A stretch of 64,000 nucleotides of DNA from assembly GCF_009914755.1 (NCBI RefSeq), contig NC_060938.1. One strand, written 5' to 3'. The notes below the pieces were generated by a model. The model was not told the DNA's origin and made no database searches. It saw nothing but the letters and a program-made list of their open reading frames with translations. The position numbers and the translations under genes are program-made. This DNA is from the human T2T-CHM13v2.0 reference genome, Homo sapiens. Positions 1 through 15,082 of the stretch are shown here, piece by piece. The stretch's first letter is position 1. Each line of letters starts with the position of its first letter.

Positions 1-897
1 ACACCCATGTGAGTATGACCCTGCAAGTGACCAGTGCAAAAAGAACTGACCACTTGTCTATGAGAAAACAGGTGATGATCTATAGCAAACTTGGGGATAT
101 ATTGAGAAGCACTCATTTTCCATTCCTACAAGCTCTCTTGGTGACTTAAAATGTTCCCATTTCTCATATGAAACACAGAAGTGCCAAGAGCCAATTGCGT
201 AAATGAAAATCTGAGCAGAATAATTTATAGAAACATAAAAAGAGTTCCAAATAATGAGTGCTTTCAAGCGAAGCTGATAATATCGGCACCAGATAATCTG
301 AACATTCAGGAAATTAGCTAAGTGCCCTTGGGGGAAAGAGATGAGTTAATGGCAAACACAAATTCTCTTTTATTGCAGCATGTAGCTAAATTCCCTGGAT
401 TGGCTAATAAACATGGTATGGGGATCCCTACTCATAGAATCTTCCTCTCTGGAGTTAGGAGAGTTTTCAGCTTCCTCCTAAGGGTAAAAGTGGCCCAGAC
501 CCCTAACTGAACGGCAAGTATACCACATGCAATTACAAGGTATAGAGGCAGCAATGTAGAGGGAGGCCCACAGACCTGGGGAAAATCTGGGCTCTACTCT
601 CACTGGCTGTTTTCAATAAAGCCTCCACTTTCTCAGCAGCAAAATGACTATAACTACATCATAATAATATGAGATAATGGCCAGAATGTAAAAAGTGATC
701 AATAAGTAGTAGCTTTTCTAAAATATTATTATAATTATTATTATTGAGGCTTTGCTTATACTAAGGTTTACACTATCATAAAGGGAAAGGAGAATCGCTT
801 CCTTGGGAAATAAAAGATGTAAGCAACAAAGACCCAAGGAGCCTTTTAGAATGTTGCTCTGGGACCCCAGTGGCTTCCAGCAGATTAGCATCAAGAA

Positions 898-925
898 GGT
901 TATCTCAAAGACCTTACCCACAGTG
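898..925 (+). promoter_or_regulatory. 12-bp-spacer recombination signal sequence of TRAJ3
   Basis: Nonamer GGTTATCTC (898-906), 12-bp spacer (907-918), heptamer CACAGTG (919-925) abutting the J coding end; the coding-proximal CAC (read on - strand) is intact. Confidence 0.93.
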
Positions 926-987
926 GGGGTACAGCAGTGCTTCCAAGATAATCTTTGGATCAGGGACCAGACTCAGCATCCGGCCAA
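926..987 (+). CDS. TRAJ3: T-cell receptor alpha joining segment 3
   Basis: 62 nt encoding GYSSASKIIFGSGTRLSIRP with the FGxG motif; GTAAGT donor at 988; third J upstream of TRAC. Confidence 0.96.
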
Positions 988-1390
988 GTAAGTAGAATGA
1001 AGCAGGAGAGCAAGGGAGGACGGACAACTATTTCTTCTTTGTCCAAAATGCCAACTTGAACCCAGGTATTTTCCTCTGTGGGCTCCAAAATGGTTTCTTC
1101 CACCCATCCCCAGAAAATCCTCCCATCCAGCTCTCGGTGCTCTGCAGACATCATCCTTAGGCTGGGACCTTAGGAACCATGAGGCAGGCAATGAGCGAGT
1201 ACTCCTGAACCTTCCACAAACATATCCAAGATACTGCTGCCTGGAATTGAGGTTTTTGTTCTAGGGAATTATTGGTTTATTGAAATCATATGAAGTCACA
1301 ACCTCAGCCCAGGGAATCACAGCAGAATGGAACAGGAGGAGAACTTTTGTATCAGAAGCGAAATTTCAGTGCAAAAGAGCAGAAGGTTTA

Positions 1391-1767
<377 letters not shown>

Positions 1768-1790
1768 TTAAGTAATAGGTAGGTCCTGTG

Positions 1791-1818
1791 AGTTTGTGCA
1801 ATGGTGTCACCTACGGTA
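1791..1818 (+). promoter_or_regulatory. Defective 12-RSS of TRAJ2
   Basis: Nonamer AGTTTGTGC (1791-1799), 12-bp spacer, heptamer TACGGTA (1812-1818) lacking the essential terminal GTG. Confidence 0.85.
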
Positions 1819-1884
1819 TGAATACTGGAGGAACAATTGATAAACTCACATTTGGGAAAGGGACCCATGTATTCATTATATCTG
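1819..1884 (+). other. TRAJ2: T-cell receptor alpha joining segment 2 (open frame, non-canonical RSS)
   Basis: 66 nt encoding NTGGTIDKLTFGKGTHVFIIS; FGKG motif; GTGAGT donor at 1885. Confidence 0.95.
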
Positions 1885-2756
1885 GTGAGTCATCCCAGGT
1901 GGCACCACGTGCAACCCCATGGGCCAGTGTCACTAATCCTTTCTCTGGAGATATCACTTATTACTATGGTGAGGCTTGCTGTAGATGTTGTAACTAATTT
2001 TCTTACAGAGGTCTGGGAAGGGAAAAGCATTACTATCTATCTTGAATATTCATGTTTCTCTAGGTCAAACACATTAAAATTTGACTTTAATCATTCAATG
2101 GGTATTGTAAAATGCCTTCTATGTGACTATCACTCTATAAAATGTTAGACTGAGTATGAAGTGTGAGATAGATTCCTGTCCTGTCCTCAAGTGGTATAAA
2201 AACTAGACAAAGGTACTGAACTATTGTAAATTAAGCAGCCAGAAAACTATTTTAGTATTGACCAGTTGATGATGTCAATGGACACAATAGAGATTCAGAG
2301 GGGATAGGGTGCTGGCTGAGAAGTTGGCCTAGACTGAGAAGTTTCCTGTGGTACAAAGGATTCATTGAGCCCTGAAGGATGGATAAGATCTGTATGGGCA
2401 GAGAAAGGAGAGAAGGGAAGTTCTGGGCGTAGGGAACGACAAGAAAGAAGGCATGATCTTGGGAATAATCAAGGCACATGCAAAGTAGCCTAAGTATACA
2501 TCTGATAATAAAATTGGTTGAAAAGTAGTCAGAGAAGATGTCTTTTTAGGCATGGAAAAAGGAAATACTAGAGCATTCAACAGAATACAGAAATTAGGGC
2601 CAGGGCCAGCCATTGGGAAACTGAGAATCCGATTTAGAGATGCAGACTAGAAGTGAAGGTGAGAGCAGCCAGCTATGGTGCCGCAGACCTCCCCTCTCCT
2701 TCCTCAGTGGGCTCTGAGAGGGGTCATCCCACACCTTAGAGGAGGAGAAACCTAAG

Positions 2757-2784
2757 GGATTCTGTAATAGAGACACGGGGCATG
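2757..2784 (+). promoter_or_regulatory. Defective 12-RSS of TRAJ1
   Basis: Nonamer GGATTCTGT (2757-2765), 12-bp spacer, degenerate heptamer GGGCATG (2778-2784). Confidence 0.8.
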
Positions 2785-2846
2785 GTATGAAAGTATTACC
2801 TCCCAGTTGCAATTTGGCAAAGGAACCAGAGTTTCCACTTCTCCCC
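2785..2846 (+). other. TRAJ1: T-cell receptor alpha joining segment 1 (open frame, non-canonical RSS)
   Basis: 62 nt encoding YESITSQLQFGKGTRVSTSP; FGKG motif; GTACGT donor at 2847; last J before TRAC. Confidence 0.94.
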
Positions 2847-3394
2847 GTACGTCTGCCCATGCCCAGAGTTTCCTGATGCTCACTAAAGCCTCGGTGGGAC
2901 CCAGAGTGACTGTCACTAATTCTGATTTCTGGGTCCCTAGTGCCCAAACACAGGGGACAGATTTAATGGTAAGGAAGCTTTCAATCACTGCTGTGTCCCT
3001 AGGGATCTAAAGCACTAGAGCACATGTGCTTCTGCAGTTCATTTTGAATTTAAAGGACAGCTTAGGATCTAGAATAGCTGAATTTCCACCTCAAAACATT
3101 GGTTCCGTCTTGCCAAGCCTACCTTCTGATATCATCAGTGATGGGATGTGTTTTTCTTACTAGGGTAGAATAGGATGTCTCTCCCCAAAGGACTCTGGCA
3201 GACAGACCCCTAAACACCTCCAAATTAAAAGCGGCAAAGAGATAAGGTTGAACTAGACGTACATGGGGATAAAAAGTATAAAAGGTACATGGGAATGAAA
3301 GGATAAAAAGGCTAAAAAAATTAAGTACCTCTAACTCAGCCCCTGTTGCCATTTCTCAGAGTCTTGTGTTCTGTGGCATTGCGCTTTCTAGACC

Positions 3395-3590
3395 AACAGT
3401 GTCCAATAGAACTTTCTGTGGCAATGGAAATGTCCTGTCAATCTGCACTGTCCCATACAATAGCCACCAGCTACATGTGGCTATTGAGCTCTTGAAATGA
3501 AGTTTCCATTTTTAATTGAAAGCATTTTATTTCACATTGACTAATTTTTATTTCAACAGCCACATGTAGCTAGAGACTATTATACCAGAC
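3395..3590 (+). mobile_element. MER3-like hAT-Charlie DNA transposon relic
   Basis: GTCCAATAGAACTTTCTG...GGAAATGT...CACATGTGGCTATTGAGC motifs typical of MER3. Confidence 0.75.
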
Positions 3591-5237
3591 AGAGCAGCCT
3601 AGATCTTCTCCAGTCTGACACCCACCAGCCCCAGGACTTGAGTGAGTGTTTAACCAGGACTCAAAGTTGGGTTTCTGCCCCACAAGGCCACCCCCTTTCC
3701 TCTTTAAAGCCAACCTGCATCTGGTGGCCCCTGATCCCCTGCCTTGAGGATCGGCACTTCCAGACTCCTCTCCCCCTCTGCAGTGCTGTCCAGTACCCCC
3801 ACTGATGACTAACAATCAGGGGGATGTGTTGGTAGAGCTAATGGCTTTCTGTCTGTCCCTTCCCAGCAAAGGAACTATGCCTTAGGGCCTTCACCCAGAG
3901 TGATGTCAGGCTGCCCAAGCATGAGGAGGGAAGTAGGCAGAATCCTCTGGAGCCAAAGCTCTGGATGTCTCTCCCCTCTGACCATGGAGCCCACCCCTGC
4001 TCCACTGCTCCAGGGACAGCCCTATGCTGCAGGCAGCTCTGCCCCCACTCAGCATCCCAGGGGCTGATTTCTTTGGTTTTGGATCCAGCTGGATGTCTGC
4101 ATTGCCGAGGCCACCAGGGCTGGCTCAGCAACTGTCGGGGAATCACCAGGGTCTGAGAAATCTTGTGCGCATGTGAGGGGCTGTGGGAGCAGAGAACCAC
4201 TGGGTGGGAAATTCTAATCCCCACCCTGCTGGAAACTCTCTGGGTGGCCCCAACATGCTAATCCTCCGGCAAACCTCTGTTTCCTCCTCAAAAGGCAGGA
4301 GGTCGGAAAGAATAAACAATGAGAGTCACATTAAAAACACAAAATCCTACGGAAATACTGAAGAATGAGTCTCAGCACTAAGGAAAAGCCTCCAGCAGCT
4401 CCTGCTTTCTGAGGGTGAAGGATAGACGCTGTGGCTCTGCATGACTCACTAGCACTCTATCACGGCCATATTCTGGCAGGGTCAGTGGCTCCAACTAACA
4501 TTTGTTTGGTACTTTACAGTTTATTAAATAGATGTTTATATGGAGAAGCTCTCATTTCTTTCTCAGAAGAGCCTGGCTAGGAAGGTGGATGAGGCACCAT
4601 ATTCATTTTGCAGGTGAAATTCCTGAGATGTAAGGAGCTGCTGTGACTTGCTCAAGGCCTTATATCAAGTAAACGGTAGCGCTGGGGCTTAGACGCAGGT
4701 GTTCTGATTTATAGTTCAAAACCTCTATCAATGAGAGAGCAATCTCCTGGTAATGTGATAGATTTCCCAACTTAATGCCAACATACCATAAACCTCCCAT
4801 TCTGCTAATGCCCAGCCTAAGTTGGGGAGACCACTCCAGATTCCAAGATGTACAGTTTGCTTTGCTGGGCCTTTTTCCCATGCCTGCCTTTACTCTGCCA
4901 GAGTTATATTGCTGGGGTTTTGAAGAAGATCCTATTAAATAAAAGAATAAGCAGTATTATTAAGTAGCCCTGCATTTCAGGTTTCCTTGAGTGGCAGGCC
5001 AGGCCTGGCCGTGAACGTTCACTGAAATCATGGCCTCTTGGCCAAGATTGATAGCTTGTGCCTGTCCCTGAGTCCCAGTCCATCACGAGCAGCTGGTTTC
5101 TAAGATGCTATTTCCCGTATAAAGCATGAGACCGTGACTTGCCAGCCCCACAGAGCCCCGCCCTTGTCCATCACTGGCATCTGGACTCCAGCCTGGGTTG
5201 GGGCAAAGAGGGAAATGAGATCATGTCCTAACCCTGA

Positions 5238-8416
<3,179 letters not shown>

Positions 8417-8935
8417 GTGAGGGGCCTTGAAGCTGGGAGTGGGGTTTAGGGACGCGGGTCTCTGCGTGCATCCTAAGCTCTGAGAGCAAACCTCCCTGCA
8501 GGGTCTTGCTTTTAAGTCCAAAGCCTGAGCCCACCAAACTCTCCTACTTCTTCCTGTTACAAATTCCTCTTGTGCAATAATAATGGCCTGAAACGCTGTA
8601 AAATATCCTCATTTCAGCCGCCTCAGTTGAACTTCTCCCCTATGAGGTAGGAAGAACAGTTGTTTAGAAACGAAGAAACTGAGGCCACACAGCTAATGAG
8701 TGGAGGAAGAGAGACACTTGTGTACACCACATGCCTTGTGTTGTACTTCTCTCACCGTGTAACCTCCTCATGTCCTCTCTCCCCAGTACGGCTCTCTTAG
8801 CTCAGTAGAAAGAAGACATTACACTCATATTACACCCCAATCCTGGCTAGAGTCTCCGCACCCTCCTCCCCCAGGGTCCCCAGTCGTCTTGCTGACAACT
8901 GCATCCTGTTCCATCACCATCAAAAAAAAACTCCA

Positions 8936-9228
8936 GGCTGGGTGCGGGGGCTCACACCTGTAATCCCAGCACTTTGGGAGGCAGAGGCAGGAGGAGCACA
9001 GGAGCTGGAGACCAGCCTGGGCAACACAGGGAGACCCCGCCTCTACAAAAAGTGAAAAAATTAGCCAGGTGTGGTGCTGCACACCTGTAGTCCCAGCTAC
9101 TTAAGAGGCTGAGATGGGAGGATCGCTTGAGCCCTGGAATGTTGAGGCTACAATGAGCTGTGATTGTGTCACTGCACTCCAGCCTGGAAGACAAAGCAAG
9201 ATCCTGTCTCAAATAATAAAAAAAATAA
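8936..9228 (+). mobile_element. AluJ-like, TRAC intron 3
   Basis: Diverged Alu dimer with GGATCGCTTGAGCCC (J-type); AACTCCA at both flanks. Confidence 0.88.
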
Positions 9229-9356
9229 GAACTCCAGGGTACATTTGCTCCTAGAACTCTACCACATAGCCCCAAACAGAGCCATCACCATCACATCCCT
9301 AACAGTCCTGGGTCTTCCTCAGTGTCCAGCCTGACTTCTGTTCTTCCTCATTCCAG

Positions 9357-9907
9357 ATCTGCAAGATTGTAAGACAGCCTGTGCTCCCTCGCTCCTTCCT
9401 CTGCATTGCCCCTCTTCTCCCTCTCCAAACAGAGGGAACTCTCCTACCCCCAAGGAGGTGAAAGCTGCTACCACCTCTGTGCCCCCCCGGCAATGCCACC
9501 AACTGGATCCTACCCGAATTTATGATTAAGATTGCTGAAGAGCTGCCAAACACTGCTGCCACCCCCTCTGTTCCCTTATTGCTGCTTGTCACTGCCTGAC
9601 ATTCACGGCAGAGGCAAGGCTGCTGCAGCCTCCGCTGGCTGTGCACATTCCCTCCTGCTCCCCAGAGACTGCCTCCGCCATCCCACAGATGATGGATCTT
9701 CAGTGGGTTCTCTTGGGCTCTAGGTCCCGGAGAATGTTGTGAGGGGTTTATTTTTTTTTAATAGTGTTCATAAAGAAAGACATAGTATTCTTCTTCTCAA
9801 GACGTGGGGGGAAATTATCTCATTATCGAGGCCCTGCTATGCTGTGTGTCTGGGCGTGTTGTATGTCCTGCTGCCGATGCCTTCATTAAAATGATTTGGA
9901 AGAGCAG
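9357..9907 (+). other. TRAC: TRAC exon 4 (non-coding 3' UTR exon)
   Basis: Pyrimidine tract and TTCCAG acceptor at 9356; ATTAAA at 9885-9890 followed by GT-rich downstream element; 3' end approximate. Confidence 0.9.
9885..9890 (+). terminator. TRAC polyadenylation signal ATTAAA
   Basis: Variant hexamer followed about 20-45 nt later by TGTG/TGTTTG/GGTTTGG. Confidence 0.85.
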
Positions 9908-10871
9908 AGACTGTGCCTCTGTTTGACTGGGTTTGGTAGGAGTCATTTTCTGCTTGCTGGTGATCACTAGCTGGGCAGAGAAAAACCAAGGCATTTGTCT
10001 ATGATGCTGTCCAGGAAGCCTCATTCAACAAGCTGCCTAAGTCAACCTCTTCTTGGAATAACCTCTAAAAGCTTCCGCTTAGCAGGCTATGCTAAGGGCC
10101 AGGAAAACCCACCTACCAGCTTGGACCCCTCCTCTCCCACTCTCATGCCACGCCACGGGACCACCCATAACAGGAGCCCACACACATGGGTGGCAGTGAC
10201 CTGCGGCAGACAGGGACCACACAGCAAGTGTCCCCAAAATGCCACCCACTGTCTCCTGCCCTCCAGGAGCATTTCCTTTGCCTCTCCTCTCAGACTGGGT
10301 TTCCACTGAAACTGTGCATTGTCTCACAAATTCGTGGCTGGGGACCACCCACCACTCTGCTGCCTGATCCAGCCCCACGCCAGCCCTTTGAGGTGCCCAA
10401 GCTGACACCAGGAGCAAGGTTGAGAGGAAGCTGTGACCCCAGCAGGACTTTATGTTCCCACCATCCCGGATGTGAGAATGAGGAAAAAAGGAGATGAGCT
10501 GTCTCCCCACAAGCCCAGAGATTTGACCGAGGAGAGTAGAGGCCTCGAGCTCTCACCTAAGAGAAAAGACATGGGGCTCCCTGGGGTCCACAGCTCACTG
10601 CGCTCTCCCTCCTGAGACTCCTGCTGCCAGAGCACCTTTCCCCAGGGTCATGGATGCTGAAGGGAACACAACTTAGAGACCACTCCACCATCCACCCAGC
10701 AAGCACAGCTACCAAGACCCAAAGCTGAGGCTTACCAACGCCCAGGGTGGGAGGGGGTTCCATCCCTGAATAACTCCATGGTTCCCCTATGCGTCTGACC
10801 ATCCCAGCCAGAAATACATAAATCATCTCAGCTACAATTCAGGCCTGCTTCTTTTCATAGGGATGAAGCTA

Positions 10872-11122
10872 CAGGTTGAGTATCCCTTATCTGAAATGCT
10901 TGGTACTAGAAGTGTTCAGGTTTTGGATTTTTTTTTTTTTTTTTTGAGGCTGGGGATGGAATATTAGCATTATACTTACCAATTCGGCATCCCTAATCTA
11001 AAAATCTGAAATCCAAGATGCCCCAGTGAGCATTTCCTTTGAGCATCATGTTGGCATTTAAAAAGTTTCAGATTTTGGAGCATTACCAATTTCAGATTTT
11101 TGAATTAGGGATGCTTAACCTG
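10872..11122 (+). mobile_element. Tigger4a/MER46-like TcMar DNA transposon (MITE)
   Basis: Terminal inverted repeats CAGGTTGAGTATCCCT...AGGGATGCTTAACCTG, flanked by TA on both sides. Confidence 0.85.
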
Positions 11123-11870
11123 TACCAGCTTTAATAGGTGACCTAGAGCACATCCCTCCCCTCTACAGGCTTATGTGTTGCCACTTACGAAATGTCGGGT
11201 AGGACTGGAGGCTACCTCCCACTCCCTGCACCTCTGATTCTGTGACCCCTGTAGAATTAAGAACCAGTGTCCCTTCTCCTGGTCAGCCCTACTGACGGGA
11301 GTCACAGAATCCCCAGTTCTTTCTAAGCTGCCCCATCTCTCACCTAAATACAATCCCCTTAAATAACACCAAAGGGAAAGGGCTCAGACCTCCATCACAG
11401 CAGGGTCACTCTCGCACGTGGTAGGACCATACCACCTTCACAAAGGCGGGGTTTGCCACCTTTGGGGAGCTCTGGGGGGCCTCTACCTCCTCACCAGTCT
11501 GACACAATGCCAGAGATTCCACCACTGGGAATTTCTTATAATTAAAGCATTCTCTTCCCTGTATTAAATGAAAATGCCCCTGGGAGAGTTAATAGAGCAA
11601 GCCTTTATCAACCATTAAAAACTGAGGGCCAGTTAGTTTCTCTTTCTTTTCCCCCTGAAGTGGTACTTCATTTTGTTTTATAGAAAAAAGATTCAGGCAA
11701 GGGAAGTGTGGGTGGCTGGGGAGGCAGGTCTGCTCCTTTGAGTTGGCTGCAGTGACATGGAAGTCACAGGGCTGAGGGAAGGAGACAAGAGCCTGGACAG
11801 CAGTGAAGGGGTCAAAGACAGACCCCTCCAAGAACCTCAGAGGAGACCCGGACTGCAGGAGACCTGCAGG

Positions 11871-12208
11871 AGGCCCGCGGGAGCCTGTGGAGGCCTGTGG
11901 AGGCCCGCGGGAGCCTGTGGAGGCCTGTGGAGGCCCGCGGGAGCCTGTGGAGGCCTGTGGAGGCCTGTGGAGGTCTGCGGGAGCCTGTGGAGGCCTGTGG
12001 AGGCCTGCGGGAGCCTGTGGAGGCCTGTGGAGGCCTGTGGAGGCCTGCGGGAGCCTGTGGAGGTCTGCGGGAGCCTGTGGAGGCCTGTGGAGGCCTGTGG
12101 AGGCCTGCGGGAGCCTGTGGAGGCCTGTGGAGGCCTGTGGAGGTCTGCGGGAGCCTGTGGAGGCCTGTGGAGGCCTGCGGGAGCCTGTGGAGGCCTGTGG
12201 AGGCCTGC
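11871..12208. repeat. GC-rich minisatellite, 33 full 10-bp units (AGGCCTGTGG / GAGCCTGTGG / AGGYCYGCGG)
   Basis: Directly readable in-register tandem array, 11871-12200 plus a partial unit. Confidence 0.97.
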
Positions 12209-14099
12209 CAGCCCAGTGCCCTCAGGCAGCAAAGCCCAGCAGTCACTGGTCCCCCAAGGCCGCCCACAGATCTATGCAAGGTGATGCAGCAGGGGCTATG
12301 GACCCACCCACACCCAAGCAGGGAGGCACGATGACAAGGCCCGGGCAGGTAGGGGGACATCCGGAAAGCAGGCTCAGCTCCACCCCTGAGAAATTTCCGT
12401 CTAAATCCAGGAGATCCTTGATTCAGCAAGAACCTTCCCTCATGTCCGAGGCTGTTAAACCTAAAGCCAGTTAGGGCAGAGGTCAGAGGGGTGGACCAGG
12501 AGCAAGTGGGTCGAGGGTGAGCAAGTGTTGGGAGTGGGGATAGAAACTCCATCCATCTCCGACTGCTCTGCTCGCATATCTGGCTCCAGGGCCCACCTGG
12601 TATGTCAGAGGGAATTAGAACGGCCTTGTGAGGAGGCTCAGGAGAAGGGCTCCTGTGCCCACCGGCCAGGTCAGCACTGGGCCTAACGCCACCACAGCAA
12701 AGCCCCTCAGTGCAGAGGGCCCAGCTATACGGAACTGGGCATTGCTTAGCCTGGAGGGAATAGGCAGCTGAGGAGACCTGGAAAACACAGTCATGAAGAG
12801 ACTGGCCATGAAGACCCACAGACCCTGCGAGCCAAGGCCTTGGGCTGCAGCTGCAGCTGCAGCTCTACCAGCCTGGACCCAACCTCAGGCCGACATCCCA
12901 GCAGGGAACATGTTACTAAGGCCAGTTGTAGAAGGGACTTCTCTGGACACATGCCCTACTCTCCCAAAAGACTTAAGCACAGGCCAGTCCCAAAGGCAGA
13001 AGAATGGACTAAATGAGCTCTTGTGGCCCCAGCCCTAAGATTCTAGAGGACTCTCTGAAACTTCACTTGAAGACTTGACCTCTGAGTGCAACTGGAGTCA
13101 CAGCCACTCAGGAGAAAGGGCAGGCTATGCAAGCACGTGCTTCAGGAGCATCCTGGTGAGGTCTTCAGCTCTGACAGAGCAACCCCTCTGCTGCTACCCT
13201 CACTGGGGGCAGCCATCTGAGTCTTAAGGAGTTGCTTATTTTTTAGGTCCAAACATAAAATTCAACTCCCCTGGGATCACGTATACAGACAGGCCTATAG
13301 CACCTTATTATCAGGTACCATCCTAGTGTGGAAGTCCCCTGACCTGTGTGCTCTGTGGGATGGGAATGTCCCTTGTCATCAATGTGTCCCCAGGAACTAG
13401 AACAGTGCCTGGCACACAACAGATGCCGTTAAATGAATAAGTGAATGACTCCTGCAGTTAGGCTCTGGGTGGGGGGAGCTGAGTGTGAGGAGTGGGGAGT
13501 ACAGGAGAAAGGAAAGTGGGGATTAGTAGAGGAAGTGGTCAGGTGAGTCAATGCTTCACAGTTTTGCCAAGAGCTAAAGTAACTTGTCAAGAACTTCAGA
13601 ACAAGGAAAGCCTGAGTGGTGGCCCCTTGCTCAGGGCAGCCCCCAGGCAGGCACACATCTATCCAACAAAGCCTGGAGGACAGGGACTGTGGTAAATCAC
13701 GCAGGGTACCTGGGAGTCTGACCTCACTGTGTGACCACACTGAGGTCCAGAGCCAACAGTCACTTTATGTGGGTTCGCCTCAGTTTCTCCATGAGTCCTA
13801 CTCTAAAACCCATCTACCTCCGTGAGCCATGTGTGGGAAGACGAGCTTCTGACTGGGATGAGTCTGGGGGAGCAAGCACATGGAGACCCAGTGCTGTCAT
13901 TCTGGCTGCCGGAAGGCTGCAGGACCACCAGCGCCCTGCGTCTGTGTCAAGGCCACCTGGGCAACGCGGCGAGGGGTGGGGAGTGCAGGCCTCCTTTCAC
14001 ACAGAGACACACAGGCCTGAGGCCTCTCTGGGTAGCACACATAGAGCTATATTTTGCAATTAATAAACAGGTCAGACATTGAGTCAGTAGCCACAAGTA

Positions 14100-14345
14100 G
14101 AACAGGAAGTGGAAAAAGTCTCCCACTTCCCTCCAGGTGTTTGGGGGCTGGGGCGGTCCCCTCCCATTTCCATGACGTCATGGTTACCAAGAGGGGCAAG
14201 TAGGGCACCCTTTGAAGCTCTCCCGCAGAAGCCACATCCTCTGGAAAGAAGAGTTTAAAATACTGAGTTAGAGATAGCATCGCCCCAGGCCACGTGCCGA
14301 GGGGAGCAGGCTGGGCCGTTACACCACCCCCCAACCGCAGGTGCA
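14100..14345. promoter_or_regulatory. TCR-alpha enhancer (E-alpha; T-alpha1 to T-alpha4 elements)
   Basis: About 4.3 kb 3' of TRAC: Ets CAGGAAGT 14103, E-box CAGGTG 14134, Sp1 GGGCGG 14151, CRE TGACGTCA 14173-14180, TCF/LEF CCTTTGAAG 14209-14217, RUNX CCCGCA 14222 and GCCACA 14231, Ets CATCC 14235, GATA AGATAG 14272, E-boxes CACGTG 14291 and CAGGTG 14338. This is the established CREB-LEF1-RUNX1-ETS1 enhanceosome order. Confidence 0.96.
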
Positions 14346-15063
14346 GCAAGGCCAACATGCCAGGCTGGGAGGGGCTGCCGGCCCCTCGGTGACTTGCACC
14401 GGGCCCGCAGCAGGCTGGGGAGGTGCTGCTGGCCCCACCGCTGAGCCGCCTCCCTCACCGCACCTCTGCTGCCCCTCCAAACCAGCCAAGATCAGACCTT
14501 GATCTCACCTGATTAAGCGCTTGCTTAGTACAGGGCAGACCCTCGAGACTTATGCTCAGGCCAGTGTCTCCTGGGAGGGAGGGAGGTGGGGAGGCCGTAT
14601 TTGCCCCCACACAGAGCTAGGGCTGATTCTCTGAGGGACCCCCCCCCAATAGCACCTCCCCCCTTACCCTGATGCTTGTCCATTAGGTGATGGCCCTAAT
14701 GGACGCCTTGATGGACACGTCCGGGACCCAGGGACCCGGAGACCAGGAATCTGCAGGTCTCAGGGAGCCGCAGAACCTGAAACCCAAAAATACCAGGCTT
14801 GATCGCCTGCTCTTCGGTAGTGTCGCCATCCACCCGCATGGGGGCAGCAGCGCTCCACCAAAAAGACCTCTTCTCCCTTTGTCTGTTAATTCTGGAGATA
14901 GAAAGCCCCCAAAGTTTAGGAAAAGCTCTTTTCCGAGGAAAATAAAAGGGCAGGTGACTTTTATCCCACAAGTCCCTGCCCTGTGCCCGTCACTGCGCTG
15001 GGCGCAAGGCCTGTGTCATCCTGTCACATCCCCCCGAAAGGAGAGGAGGGCCTGGGGCCTGGG

Positions 15064-15082
15064 CCGGCAGCAGGGGGCGCTG
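15064..15082 (+). promoter_or_regulatory. CTCF-binding motif downstream of E-alpha
   Basis: CCGGCAGCAGGGGGCGCTG closely matches the CTCF core, within a CpG-rich patch. Confidence 0.65.

Noticed and set aside
11871-12208. CRISPR-like or Ig-switch-like array
   Set aside because: No unique spacers, human context, and no GAGCT/GGGGT switch pentamer structure; it is a minisatellite.
11757-12819. Long ORFs in several frames on both strands (up to 335 aa)
   Set aside because: They exist because the 10-bp minisatellite units contain no stop codons; the products are low-complexity repeats without splice or promoter support.
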